This document shows, one piece after another, positions 39,333 to 47,492 of a stretch of DNA of 64,000 nucleotides. The translations under genes were made by a program, and so were the position numbers. This stretch comes from a bacterium. GTDB taxonomy: Bacteria; Zhuqueibacterota; Zhuqueibacteria; Zhuqueibacterales; Zhuqueibacteraceae. Numbering within the stretch: position 1 is the stretch's first letter; every line of letters begins with the position of its first letter. A model generated the notes under the pieces. It ran no database searches. It was given only the letters and a program-made list of their open reading frames with translations, and was not told the origin of the DNA. The DNA lies in the NCBI GenBank assembly GCA_037445455.1, contig JBBIKM010000007.1, positions 366 to 64,365 of the forward strand, in the 5' to 3' direction.

Positions 39333-41093
39333 TTGATGAAATCAGGCAGCTTTAAACATGCCCTGCGGCCGGCCGGCGTCTTGAGCCTGGCGTTGCTGGC
39401 ATTGACAGGATGCGGCTTGGTCGATCCCGGCGACTACACGCTCAAGACCAACGAGCCGCCGGACACTGAGATCACCTCCGGGCCAAAATCCGGCAGTACC
39501 AGCAGCTACTTTGTCACCATCGCCTGGAACGGCAAGGATCAAGACGGTGTGGTGAAGGGCTATACCGTTACCGTGGATGGCAACACCGTCTTCACGACCT
39601 CGACCGATTCCACCTTTCGCTTCACCGCCGCCAATCGGGATGAACAGCACAGCGTGTCGGTGGCCGCGCGTGACAACGACGGCGCCGACGACCCCACCCC
39701 GGCAACGCTGACATTTACAGCGACCAACGTCGTGCCCAACACCGAGATTCAAGTGGTGGGCAACCCCAGCCAGGGCGCGACCTTTGGCCAGGGCGCGATT
39801 TTCACCGTCGTGGCGGTGGATGACCCGGACAATGGGCCGGAGTACACCTATCGCTACAAGATCGATGCCGGCGGCCAGTGGTCCGCATGGCAGTCGAATC
39901 CGGTGTTTGAATTCAGCCTGACCTCGCCACTTGGCCTGCTGCCGGAAGGCGCGCATACTTTCTTTGCGCAGGCGCGTGACAACGCACTGGCCGTCGACGA
40001 GTCGCCGGCTGAATTCCAGTTTGTTGCCTCGGCCGCGGTCAAGCCGGGCGTGGTATTGAGCGCGCTGAAGAACGGCGCCGCCTTCTATGCCGACAGTTCC
40101 GCCTTCTCGCTCGCCAGCGGCAACACCGTATCGTTCAGTTGGGCCCCGACGTTCAACTATGCCGGCGGCGCTTCCACCGGCAGCCGTTATCGCATCGACG
40201 GCGGCGCGTGGACGGAATTCTCAACCGCGGTCTCCTCACTAGACTTGACCAACGTCACGCCGGGCACGCACACGTTCGAAGTGCAATACCGCGATCTCGC
40301 CGGCAAGCTCAGTGACATTGCGCTGTATCGCTATGATATCGTGGCCGCGACCTTGAGTGCCGGCGTGCTGGTGGTGGATGACGGCAACGGCCAGTTGGCC
40401 GGCCGGCCGCCGGCCACCGGCGACGCCAATGTCGACAATTTTTATTCGCAGGTGCTCACTGCGGCGGGCGCGCGTTTCACCTTGTGGGATTATCTCACTC
40501 AGGGCGCACCCACCCCCAAGAAGGGCTTCGGCAACTATTCCACCGTCATCTGGCAAAGTGATGAGGCCACCGCGACGAACATCCCGCGCCAGATTCAGCT
40601 TCTGACTGACTATCTCACCGTGGGCGGCAAGCTCTGGCTGACCGGCTGGCGGCATATCAACCAGATTGCCACCACGACACCGGTTGCCAACTTCGATCCC
40701 ACGCAGGCCACGGCACTGCCTTCCTATGCTTTCGTGTGGAACTATCTCAGGATTGCCTCCACGCGCCAGACGCCGGGCAACTTGTTCGACTTCAATGGCG
40801 CCACCGGCCAGGCGGGCTATCCCAATGTCAACGTCGATCTGGCGAAAAATCCGATTCCGAACCGGCCGGGTCTTTCCCCCATTGATGTGTATACCCTGCG
40901 CGAAGGTGCCGAGGCGATCTATACGTTCAACTCTGCCAGCGGCAATCAGGATTGGCAGGGCGCAATCGTGGGTGTGAAGTACATCGGCACCGGCTTCCGG
41001 ACGGCGGTGTTCGGCTTCCCGCTTTACCACTTGAATGCCGGTGATGCCGAGGCTGCGGCGCGCAAGATTCTGTCTGACTTCGGCGAGATCTGA
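39333..41093 (+). CDS. Lipoprotein B (three Ig/FN3-like modules plus GVLVVDD C-terminal domain)
   Basis: Lipobox LTG|C; PPDTEI..W-G-D-DG-V-GY..DPTPA; C-terminal GVLVVDDG..D-FY..WDY..YSTVIW..YL--GG-LW..GFP, homologous to lipoprotein A. Confidence 0.78.
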   Translation: MMKSGSFKHALRPAGVLSLALLALTGCGLVDPGDYTLKTNEPPDTEITSGPKSGSTSSYFVTIAWNGKDQDGVVKGYTVTVDGNTVFTTSTDSTFRFTAANRDEQHSVSVAARDNDGADDPTPATLTFTATNVVPNTEIQVVGNPSQGATFGQGAIFTVVAVDDPDNGPEYTYRYKIDAGGQWSAWQSNPVFEFSLTSPLGLLPEGAHTFFAQARDNALAVDESPAEFQFVASAAVKPGVVLSALKNGAAFYADSSAFSLASGNTVSFSWAPTFNYAGGASTGSRYRIDGGAWTEFSTAVSSLDLTNVTPGTHTFEVQYRDLAGKLSDIALYRYDIVAATLSAGVLVVDDGNGQLAGRPPATGDANVDNFYSQVLTAAGARFTLWDYLTQGAPTPKKGFGNYSTVIWQSDEATATNIPRQIQLLTDYLTVGGKLWLTGWRHINQIATTTPVANFDPTQATALPSYAFVWNYLRIASTRQTPGNLFDFNGATGQAGYPNVNVDLAKNPIPNRPGLSPIDVYTLREGAEAIYTFNSASGNQDWQGAIVGVKYIGTGFRTAVFGFPLYHLNAGDAEAAARKILSDFGEI

Positions 41094-41121
41094 TCGCTGC
41101 GCAATTGCGTTGGCGAGCCTG

Positions 41122-41323
41122 GTAGTCCCCGCCCCTTGTGGGCGGCTGTCATGGCAATGATCGTAGTCCCCGCCCCTCGTGGGCGGCTGTCGTGGCAATG
41201 ATCGTAGTCCCTGCCCTCGTGGGCGGCTGTCGTGGCAATGATCGTAGTCCCTGCCCTCGTGGGCGGCTGTCGTGAAAATTTGTGCCGTGCCATGACAATG
41301 CCCCGCCAGGGGGCAGGGCCATG
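41122..41323. repeat. GTAG-type REP cluster: four direct 40-41-bp units plus one inverted REP (BIME-like)
   Basis: Units start at 41122, 41163, 41204 and 41244 (last partial), consensus GTAGTCCCCGCCCCTCGTGGGCGGCTGTCGTGGCAATGATC. An inverted copy (stem TGCCCC/GGGGCA) lies at 41299-41323. Confidence 0.85.
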
Positions 41324-41396
41324 ATGGGCTTTGCCAGGCAAACTTTGACAGAAGTGACGTGACCATGGAGTTGTTGCACCCGGAAGTGCGCTGCAG

Positions 41397-41428
41397 AGGG
41401 AAGGCCGGCCGGCGGCCTTCCCTTTTTT
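41397..41428 (+). terminator. Rho-independent terminator downstream of cassette B
   Basis: AGGGAAGGCCG / CGGCCTTCCCT 11-bp stem followed by a T run. Confidence 0.75.
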
Positions 41429-41780
41429 GCAGGGAAACTTTTCAGCGGCGCCCGAAAAAACTGCTGGACAAAGTTGATAGGAGTGTTTATTTTCGACAAC
41501 TTCTTCAAGAAGAGAGAACCGGCAAGCTGGCAGGACCGCGCGCGACGTTGCTTGACGGATTTCCTCACCAGCAATTGCCATACGTTGTTCACGCCTCAAT
41601 CCCAAGCGGAAGCGGCCCGGCGTCGCGAACCGGACCGGCAGTCGAATTGCTCCGATCCCTCCCGCCTCTTGATTCCTGAAGGGAGGTGATGCTGTCCTCT
41701 GAGATGAGCATCGGCTTTTGCATTTCGGCCACAATTACAACTCACATCATCCACCAATCACTCTGTGGAGGGTAGTACCC

Positions 41781-43550
41781 ATGCGTAAACTTTTTACCGC
41801 TATGCTGTGTTTGTGCTTTGCCGCGGCGGTGTTTGCTGGCACGGGCGCCAAGCAAGACCTGCACAAAATCGACAAAGCCAAGCGGCAGCAACTGATTCGC
41901 GGCGATGAACCGATCCCGGCGGTCGAGACGGGGCGAGTTTTGCACAAGACCAATGCCGTTGGGCCGGGCGTGTTGTTGATGGAATCGACCTATGATTATG
42001 GTTCCAATGGCGGCGTGTTGAGTAACCTCGTCGACTATGGCGATGGCACCCTGGCTGTCGGCCGCATGGGTGCCACCGATGCCGGCACGACCGATCGTGG
42101 CACTTATTTTTCCTATTTTGACGGCACCACCTGGTCGCCGATGACGAAAGTCGAGCAGGTGCGCCGCGGCTGGTCCAGCATTGCGGCGCTGGCGGACGGC
42201 CGCAGCGTCACGCTCTCCCACGTTGCCAACGAGGTGAACATCGACGCGCTCAAAGGCCTCGGCATTTGGACCAGCAGCATCACCGGTAATATCGGCGCAG
42301 CGGCGGATCAATGGCCGCGTTTGACCGTGGACGGCAAGAATAATATCATTATCTGCTCCACCACCAACGCCACGATTAACGGCGTGGCCCTGATCAAGAG
42401 CATTGCCGTGTCGCGCGATGAAGGCGCTACCTGGTCCTTCCAATACCTCTGGCCTGACACCAGCACCCGCAAACCCGGCTTCAGTGCGGATGATCAAGAC
42501 ATTGCCAGCCAGGGTGATAATGTTGCGGTGGTTGTGGCCGAGACCGGAAACGACATTCATCTGTGGACCAGTTCTGACAATGCCACGACCTGGACCTACC
42601 AGAATCTGACCAACAACCCGACAACCTTGCCCCCTGGCACTTCGGCTGACTTGCCCGCCGGCTCCTGTGATGTGCTGTACGACAACAACGGCAATCTCCA
42701 CATCTTCTGGGAGAGCTACACCGGATTGCCGGACTCCGCCGGCACGTCCATTGATCTCTTCGAAAGCGGCTCGGCCGGCATCTACCATTGGAGTGCCGCC
42801 ACCGGCATCACCGAAGTCGTCGACTTCAGCGATATCCCGGGCTCGGATCAGGAAATCGGCCTCTTCTCTGGCAACCTCGGTGCCTTCGATCAGCACAACG
42901 TGGATGGCAACGTTGTGTGCCAGCCCTCCGCCGGCGTGGATGCCGACAACAATCTGTATTTGTTGTTCGCTACTTTCCGTCCCAATGATTTCGATCCGGA
43001 TAGCGCACACTATACCGATGTCTATGCCATTGGCTCGGCCAACGGTGGCGCAAGCTGGGGTCCGGTGACCAACCTCACCGACACGCCGCAATCCGAAGAC
43101 TTGTGGGCCTCGCTGGCCCCCAATGTGGGCGACAGCCTGCGCTTCGTCTATTCCTCCGACGGCAGCACCGGCAACAGCATTCAGGGCGGCGGCACGGCAC
43201 CGACGAGCTATCTCTACTATGCCGTGCCGAAGAGCAAAATCGTGCTCACCGGTGTGAACGATCGCCCGGTCTCCAGTGTGCCGGCCTCGTTTGCGTTGCA
43301 TCAGAATTTCCCGAACCCGTTCAATCCCGCGACCAACCTCACCTTCGAAGTGAGCAAACCGGCGGAAGTCAACCTGAGCGTCTATGACGTGAATGGCAAG
43401 CTGGTGGCCACGCTGGTGAATGGCCTGGTGCAAGCGGGCAAACACAATGTCACCTGGAATCCCGCGAAGAACGTGTCTTCCGGCGTTTATTTTGCCAAGT
43501 TGAAGAGCGCCGGCTTTTCGCAGGTGACCAAAATGACGTTGATGAAGTAG
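41781..43550 (+). CDS. Secreted Asp-box (BNR-like) protein 1 with T9SS type A-like / FlgD-Ig C-terminal domain
   Basis: Signal peptide; SRDEGATW, SSDNATTW and SANGGASW Asp-boxes; FALHQNFPNPFNP-T..VYDVNG..SSGVYF..KMTLMK. Start placed at 41781. Confidence 0.8.
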   Translation: MRKLFTAMLCLCFAAAVFAGTGAKQDLHKIDKAKRQQLIRGDEPIPAVETGRVLHKTNAVGPGVLLMESTYDYGSNGGVLSNLVDYGDGTLAVGRMGATDAGTTDRGTYFSYFDGTTWSPMTKVEQVRRGWSSIAALADGRSVTLSHVANEVNIDALKGLGIWTSSITGNIGAAADQWPRLTVDGKNNIIICSTTNATINGVALIKSIAVSRDEGATWSFQYLWPDTSTRKPGFSADDQDIASQGDNVAVVVAETGNDIHLWTSSDNATTWTYQNLTNNPTTLPPGTSADLPAGSCDVLYDNNGNLHIFWESYTGLPDSAGTSIDLFESGSAGIYHWSAATGITEVVDFSDIPGSDQEIGLFSGNLGAFDQHNVDGNVVCQPSAGVDADNNLYLLFATFRPNDFDPDSAHYTDVYAIGSANGGASWGPVTNLTDTPQSEDLWASLAPNVGDSLRFVYSSDGSTGNSIQGGGTAPTSYLYYAVPKSKIVLTGVNDRPVSSVPASFALHQNFPNPFNPATNLTFEVSKPAEVNLSVYDVNGKLVATLVNGLVQAGKHNVTWNPAKNVSSGVYFAKLKSAGFSQVTKMTLMK

Positions 43551-43593
43551 GCCGGTATCGCACCGGACTGTCGTCTTCGCGTTTGAGATTCCC

Positions 43594-43636
43594 GCGCGTT
43601 GGGAGTGCCAGGCGGGAACAGGCACTCCCAACGCGC
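43594..43636. other. Perfect 16-bp inverted repeat between the two Asp-box genes
   Basis: GCGCGTTGGGAGTGCC (43594-43609) pairs with GGCACTCCCAACGCGC (43621-43636). Confidence 0.6.
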
Positions 43637-43670
43637 AGTATTCACACCGGTCATAATCTTCTGTGAGGTA

Positions 43671-45563
43671 ATGGCGATGCAAAATCTCCTTTTGACGAAG
43701 AGGGAATGCCGCAGGTTGTTCCAGGCGGTTCGTTACGCCGCAGTCTTTTGTCTGATGTTCGCAGTCGCCGCCTCTGCTATCGACCGCAAATCAGACAAGA
43801 GAATTCAAAAAGTAAAACGCGTCCCCGCTGTCGGCGCGCAGGACCTTCTGGCTGCTCAGGCGCAGCCCAAGACGCTGCGCAAGTCCGCAGCCAAAGCCGG
43901 CCCGGGTCTGCAACTGATCGAATCGACTTATGATTTCATGACCAACAACAACATGGGCCGGCACATTTACAATTATGGTGAGGGTATTCTGGCGGTTGCG
44001 CGCACCGCCTCAGAAGGTGCGATCGGCACCTGGCCCGATCGTGGAACTTTCTTTGCCTACAATGACGGCAATGGTTTCTTGCTGCCGATGACCAAGATCG
44101 AAACCGCCCGCGCCGGCTGGGGCAACATTTCGGCGACTGCCGACGGCCGGAGTGTCGTTGTTTCACATGGTGGTCTGCAGGTCAATGTCGATGCCCTGCA
44201 GGGCTTGGGCATCTGGACAGCATTCACGACCGGCAATTTCCCCTCAGGCTCAGATCTGACCTGGCCGCGCATCGCGGTTGATGGCAAGGACTATTTTCAC
44301 GTGGTGGTGACCCATTTCTCCTTTGACCCATTCCCGGGACTGGGCGGCGGCCAGTATCCGATCTACGGCCGTTCCACCGACGGCGGCATCACCTGGGAAT
44401 TCCGTTTCGCGTTTCAGAAACCCGGCGCGGCCGCCGGTGACCCGCCCGATACCACCAATGGCCTGTGGGTGGGCGGCGGTGATGCCGATGCCTATGCCAT
44501 CGACGCCTGGGGCGACAAGGTCGGTATTGCCGCGTTTGCCTCGTATGACGCCGGCTTTAACAGCAACGAGATTCTCTTTGCCGAGTCCACCGACAATGGC
44601 GCGACCTGGACGTGGACAAACATCACCAACGTCGGCAAGGGTGTGCCGCCCGCCGAAGGTGATTTTCGGCCCAACGGCCATCTCGATTTGATCTACGACA
44701 ACAACGGCATGCCGCACATCGTGTTCGAGAATTTCCTGGTGCTGCCGGATTCTGCCGGCACCGCGCCGGAATCTTTCCTGTACACCTTGTCGCCGCTGCT
44801 TCACTGGACTCCGACCCTCGGGGTCACGGAAGTGGCAACCCGCGCCGACATCGTTGGCGGTGAAGGCACCGGCTTCCCCAGCTCGGCAAACTGGGGCCGC
44901 GGTTTGGGCAGCGGTTTGTACTGGCCCTCCATCGGCGTGGATGCCAACAATGTTCTGTACGTTGCTTTCAGCGCGCCGACCCCGAATGACACGGATGCCG
45001 TGGGCTTGAATTATCTGGACATCTACGCCACTGGTTCCGCGGATGGCGGCGCCACCTGGGGCTCGCCGGTGGTGAACCTCACGGACTCCCGCGGCACCGA
45101 GGACAAATACGTGTCGGTGGCCAAGCGCGTGGACGAAAACCTGCACTTCGTCTACGGCTCGGATGATGTCAACGGCGGCGCCGTGCAGCCGGGTAATCAA
45201 ACGACGCCGACCTTCATGATGTACTACAGCTTCCCGGCCGCGCAGATTCCAACGACGCGCAGCAGTGTCTCCGATCGTGATCCCAGCGCGGGCCTGCCGG
45301 CGGATTATGCCCTGGCGCAAAACTTCCCGAATCCCTTCAATCCCGCTACGGCGATTTCGTTCAACCTGCCGGCAAGCGTGAAGGTGAAGTTGGAAATCTT
45401 CAACGCCATCGGACAGAAGGTTGCGACGCTGGTCAACAGCAAGCTTCCGGCAGGCAGCCATACCGCCACCTGGAATGCCGCGAACATGCCCTCCGGCATT
45501 TATTTCTACAAACTGCAAGCGGGCAACTTCAACCAGACCCGGAAGATGGTCTTGGCGAAATAA
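43671..45563 (+). CDS. Secreted Asp-box (BNR-like) protein 2 with T9SS type A-like C-terminal domain; paralog of 41781-43550
   Basis: Signal peptide; STDGGITW, STDNGATW and SADGGATW; YALAQNFPNPFNP-T..PSGIYFY..KMVLAK. Confidence 0.8.
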   Translation: MAMQNLLLTKRECRRLFQAVRYAAVFCLMFAVAASAIDRKSDKRIQKVKRVPAVGAQDLLAAQAQPKTLRKSAAKAGPGLQLIESTYDFMTNNNMGRHIYNYGEGILAVARTASEGAIGTWPDRGTFFAYNDGNGFLLPMTKIETARAGWGNISATADGRSVVVSHGGLQVNVDALQGLGIWTAFTTGNFPSGSDLTWPRIAVDGKDYFHVVVTHFSFDPFPGLGGGQYPIYGRSTDGGITWEFRFAFQKPGAAAGDPPDTTNGLWVGGGDADAYAIDAWGDKVGIAAFASYDAGFNSNEILFAESTDNGATWTWTNITNVGKGVPPAEGDFRPNGHLDLIYDNNGMPHIVFENFLVLPDSAGTAPESFLYTLSPLLHWTPTLGVTEVATRADIVGGEGTGFPSSANWGRGLGSGLYWPSIGVDANNVLYVAFSAPTPNDTDAVGLNYLDIYATGSADGGATWGSPVVNLTDSRGTEDKYVSVAKRVDENLHFVYGSDDVNGGAVQPGNQTTPTFMMYYSFPAAQIPTTRSSVSDRDPSAGLPADYALAQNFPNPFNPATAISFNLPASVKVKLEIFNAIGQKVATLVNSKLPAGSHTATWNAANMPSGIYFYKLQAGNFNQTRKMVLAK

Positions 45564-45593
45564 CCGCCGGCGCCAGTTCTTTTGGATGCAACC

Positions 45594-45632
45594 GCAAAGC
45601 CCCGGGCACCACGTATTGGCCCGGGGCTTTGC
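45594..45632 (+). terminator. 14-bp stem-loop after Asp-box protein 2
   Basis: GCAAAGCCCCGGGC pairs with GCCCGGGGCTTTGC. Confidence 0.65.
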
Positions 45633-45816
45633 TGTCTTAATGATGAAATCTTCCTGCGACGGCCTGGCCGATGCAGTGAAAACCTCGGCGTTTCCGCGGA
45701 GCCTGAAATGTCGGAAATCTCGACGCAGTCGACGCTGGAACTTTTTCGGAATCTTCGATAATGACGGCGAGCATTGTCAGATTGTATCGTGAACCCATCC
45801 GTCCTCATTTCACCCG

Positions 45817-47076
45817 GTGAATCCTGCCACCTCACAATGCCATCGCGCCTTGCTTGCGACTCTTTTGCTGCCGGCCTTGCTGCTGGCGCTGGCCTGGCCT
45901 GAGCCGGCTCGAGCACAGGCCAAAATCAAACTGCAAAGCGCGCACGCGGGCGAGATCAAGAAGCTGCTGTTGGTTTACACGTGGTCCGCAGAGATGGGCA
46001 TGCTGTCGCTGGTGGATATTCTCACCGCGCTGCCCGAGGCCGAGGCGCTCATCATCAGCCAGTTTGCGCCGGGATCCGAATCGTTTCGCGTATTTACCTC
46101 CGGCTTGACGCGCGGCGGCTTGGGCCGCAATCGCCACGGCCAGCCGCGGCTGCAATTCGTGCAGGACGCCAGCGCCTATGGCCCGTGGCCGCGCGACCAG
46201 GCGCTGGTGGACACCGGCGGCACCATGTGGGTCAGCCCCTCGGACAATCACCGCCTGCGCGCGATCTTCACCGCGCTGGACGAGAGCTACGGCTTGCGCC
46301 AGGCAGCGGCGGCGGTGGCCTTCACCGGTGCCAATCTCATTCCGTTCGCCAACCTGGTGCTGTGCCCCGATCGGCTGGATACGCTGGCGCTCTCCACCTT
46401 CTTGCAGGGGCCATTTCTCACTCTGCCCTCGCCGCCGCCACCTGCGCCATTTCATCTCGATCTGCTGGTGATGCCGCTTTCGGAAACCGTGATCGCGGTG
46501 GGTGATGATGAGCTGGCGCGGTCGCGCCTGCTGGCGCTCAGCGTTGCGGAACAAAAGCGCCTCCTGGCGCAGTGGGCGGTGGAATTTGCGGCCTCCGGCC
46601 ACAATCTCGCAGTCAAAGCTGCGGGCAACTCGTTCCGTTTTCAAGCCGTGCCGCGGCCGCATTTGATCCTGCCGGCATTGTTGCAGGAAAAATTGCAGAT
46701 TCTCACCGACCTGGCCAAGCCCGGCGCATTTCGCGCCGCCGTGCTGGCGGAGCCGGCGTATCACTGGGATGATCGCATTGCCGCGGCCTTGCACCGGCGC
46801 GGATTCAAGGTCGTGCGCGTGCCTTTCTGGCCGGGCGTCGCTGGCACGGTGGCCGGCAAGAAATCCGGCGGCCTGCCCATGCTGTGTTACGCCAACAGCC
46901 TGGTGTGGGAGAAGGGGTTGCTCATGCCGGTTTACGGCATTGCCAGCCTGGATCAACTCGCGCGTGACACGCTGGCGGCTGCTTCCGGCAAGCCGGTGTT
47001 TGCCGTGCGTGGCGGCGCTTTGCTGGGTTACGGCAATTCCGGGCCGCATTGCCTGACGCTGGAATTCCGCCAGTGA
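45817..47076 (+). CDS. Secreted pentein-superfamily (agmatine/peptidylarginine deiminase-like) protein
   Basis: Signal peptide (..PARA|Q); WPRD, FTGANL, HLD, YANSL and C-terminal GNSGPHCLT match pentein catalytic motifs (WxRD, His-x-Asp, GxxHC). Confidence 0.65.
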   Translation: MNPATSQCHRALLATLLLPALLLALAWPEPARAQAKIKLQSAHAGEIKKLLLVYTWSAEMGMLSLVDILTALPEAEALIISQFAPGSESFRVFTSGLTRGGLGRNRHGQPRLQFVQDASAYGPWPRDQALVDTGGTMWVSPSDNHRLRAIFTALDESYGLRQAAAAVAFTGANLIPFANLVLCPDRLDTLALSTFLQGPFLTLPSPPPPAPFHLDLLVMPLSETVIAVGDDELARSRLLALSVAEQKRLLAQWAVEFAASGHNLAVKAAGNSFRFQAVPRPHLILPALLQEKLQILTDLAKPGAFRAAVLAEPAYHWDDRIAAALHRRGFKVVRVPFWPGVAGTVAGKKSGGLPMLCYANSLVWEKGLLMPVYGIASLDQLARDTLAAASGKPVFAVRGGALLGYGNSGPHCLTLEFRQ

Positions 47077-47373
47077 AATGGCGGTTTTGTTCCATTCCTC
47101 CCCGACGAGCCGCACTCCAAAACAATCGCTCCGGCTGCCCCTCACACTGTCCGAATTCACCACCGGACGGGCCACCTTCCGGTGCTGGGTAGAAACCAAT
47201 CGCGGGATTTGCCCCAAATCATTTGCCTTCCTGACTTGCCCCTGGTGCTTGTTCAATCCTGAAACAGATGTTCGGCGGAAACACATAATTCTGGCCGAAA
47301 CCAGCCTGTTTGGCCCAAATTAACAGTCTGATAATTCAAGCGTTGCCGTGGCGATGTCACCTTCGCGCGTCAC

Positions 47374-47388
47374 TGGCATATGCTTTGC
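47374..47388 (+). promoter_or_regulatory. Putative sigma-54 (-24/-12) promoter of the giant surface protein
   Basis: TGGCAT-ATGCT-TTGC has GG-N10-GC spacing and lies about 105 nt upstream of the ATG at 47493. Confidence 0.6.
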
Positions 47389-47492
47389 GCTAGGCGTTGC
47401 CGTTATTGCGCACAGGAATGGCGGCCGCACTTCAAGTTGTGCAAACCGGAAGCGGCACAGGCGTACGAATCAAAATTTTCAGGCGATGAAAA

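Noticed and set aside
41122-41274. Possible CRISPR array (regular 40-41-bp periodicity)
   Set aside because: The units are contiguous near-identical copies with no unique spacers, and there are no cas genes. The 5' GTAG plus hairpin fits REP elements.
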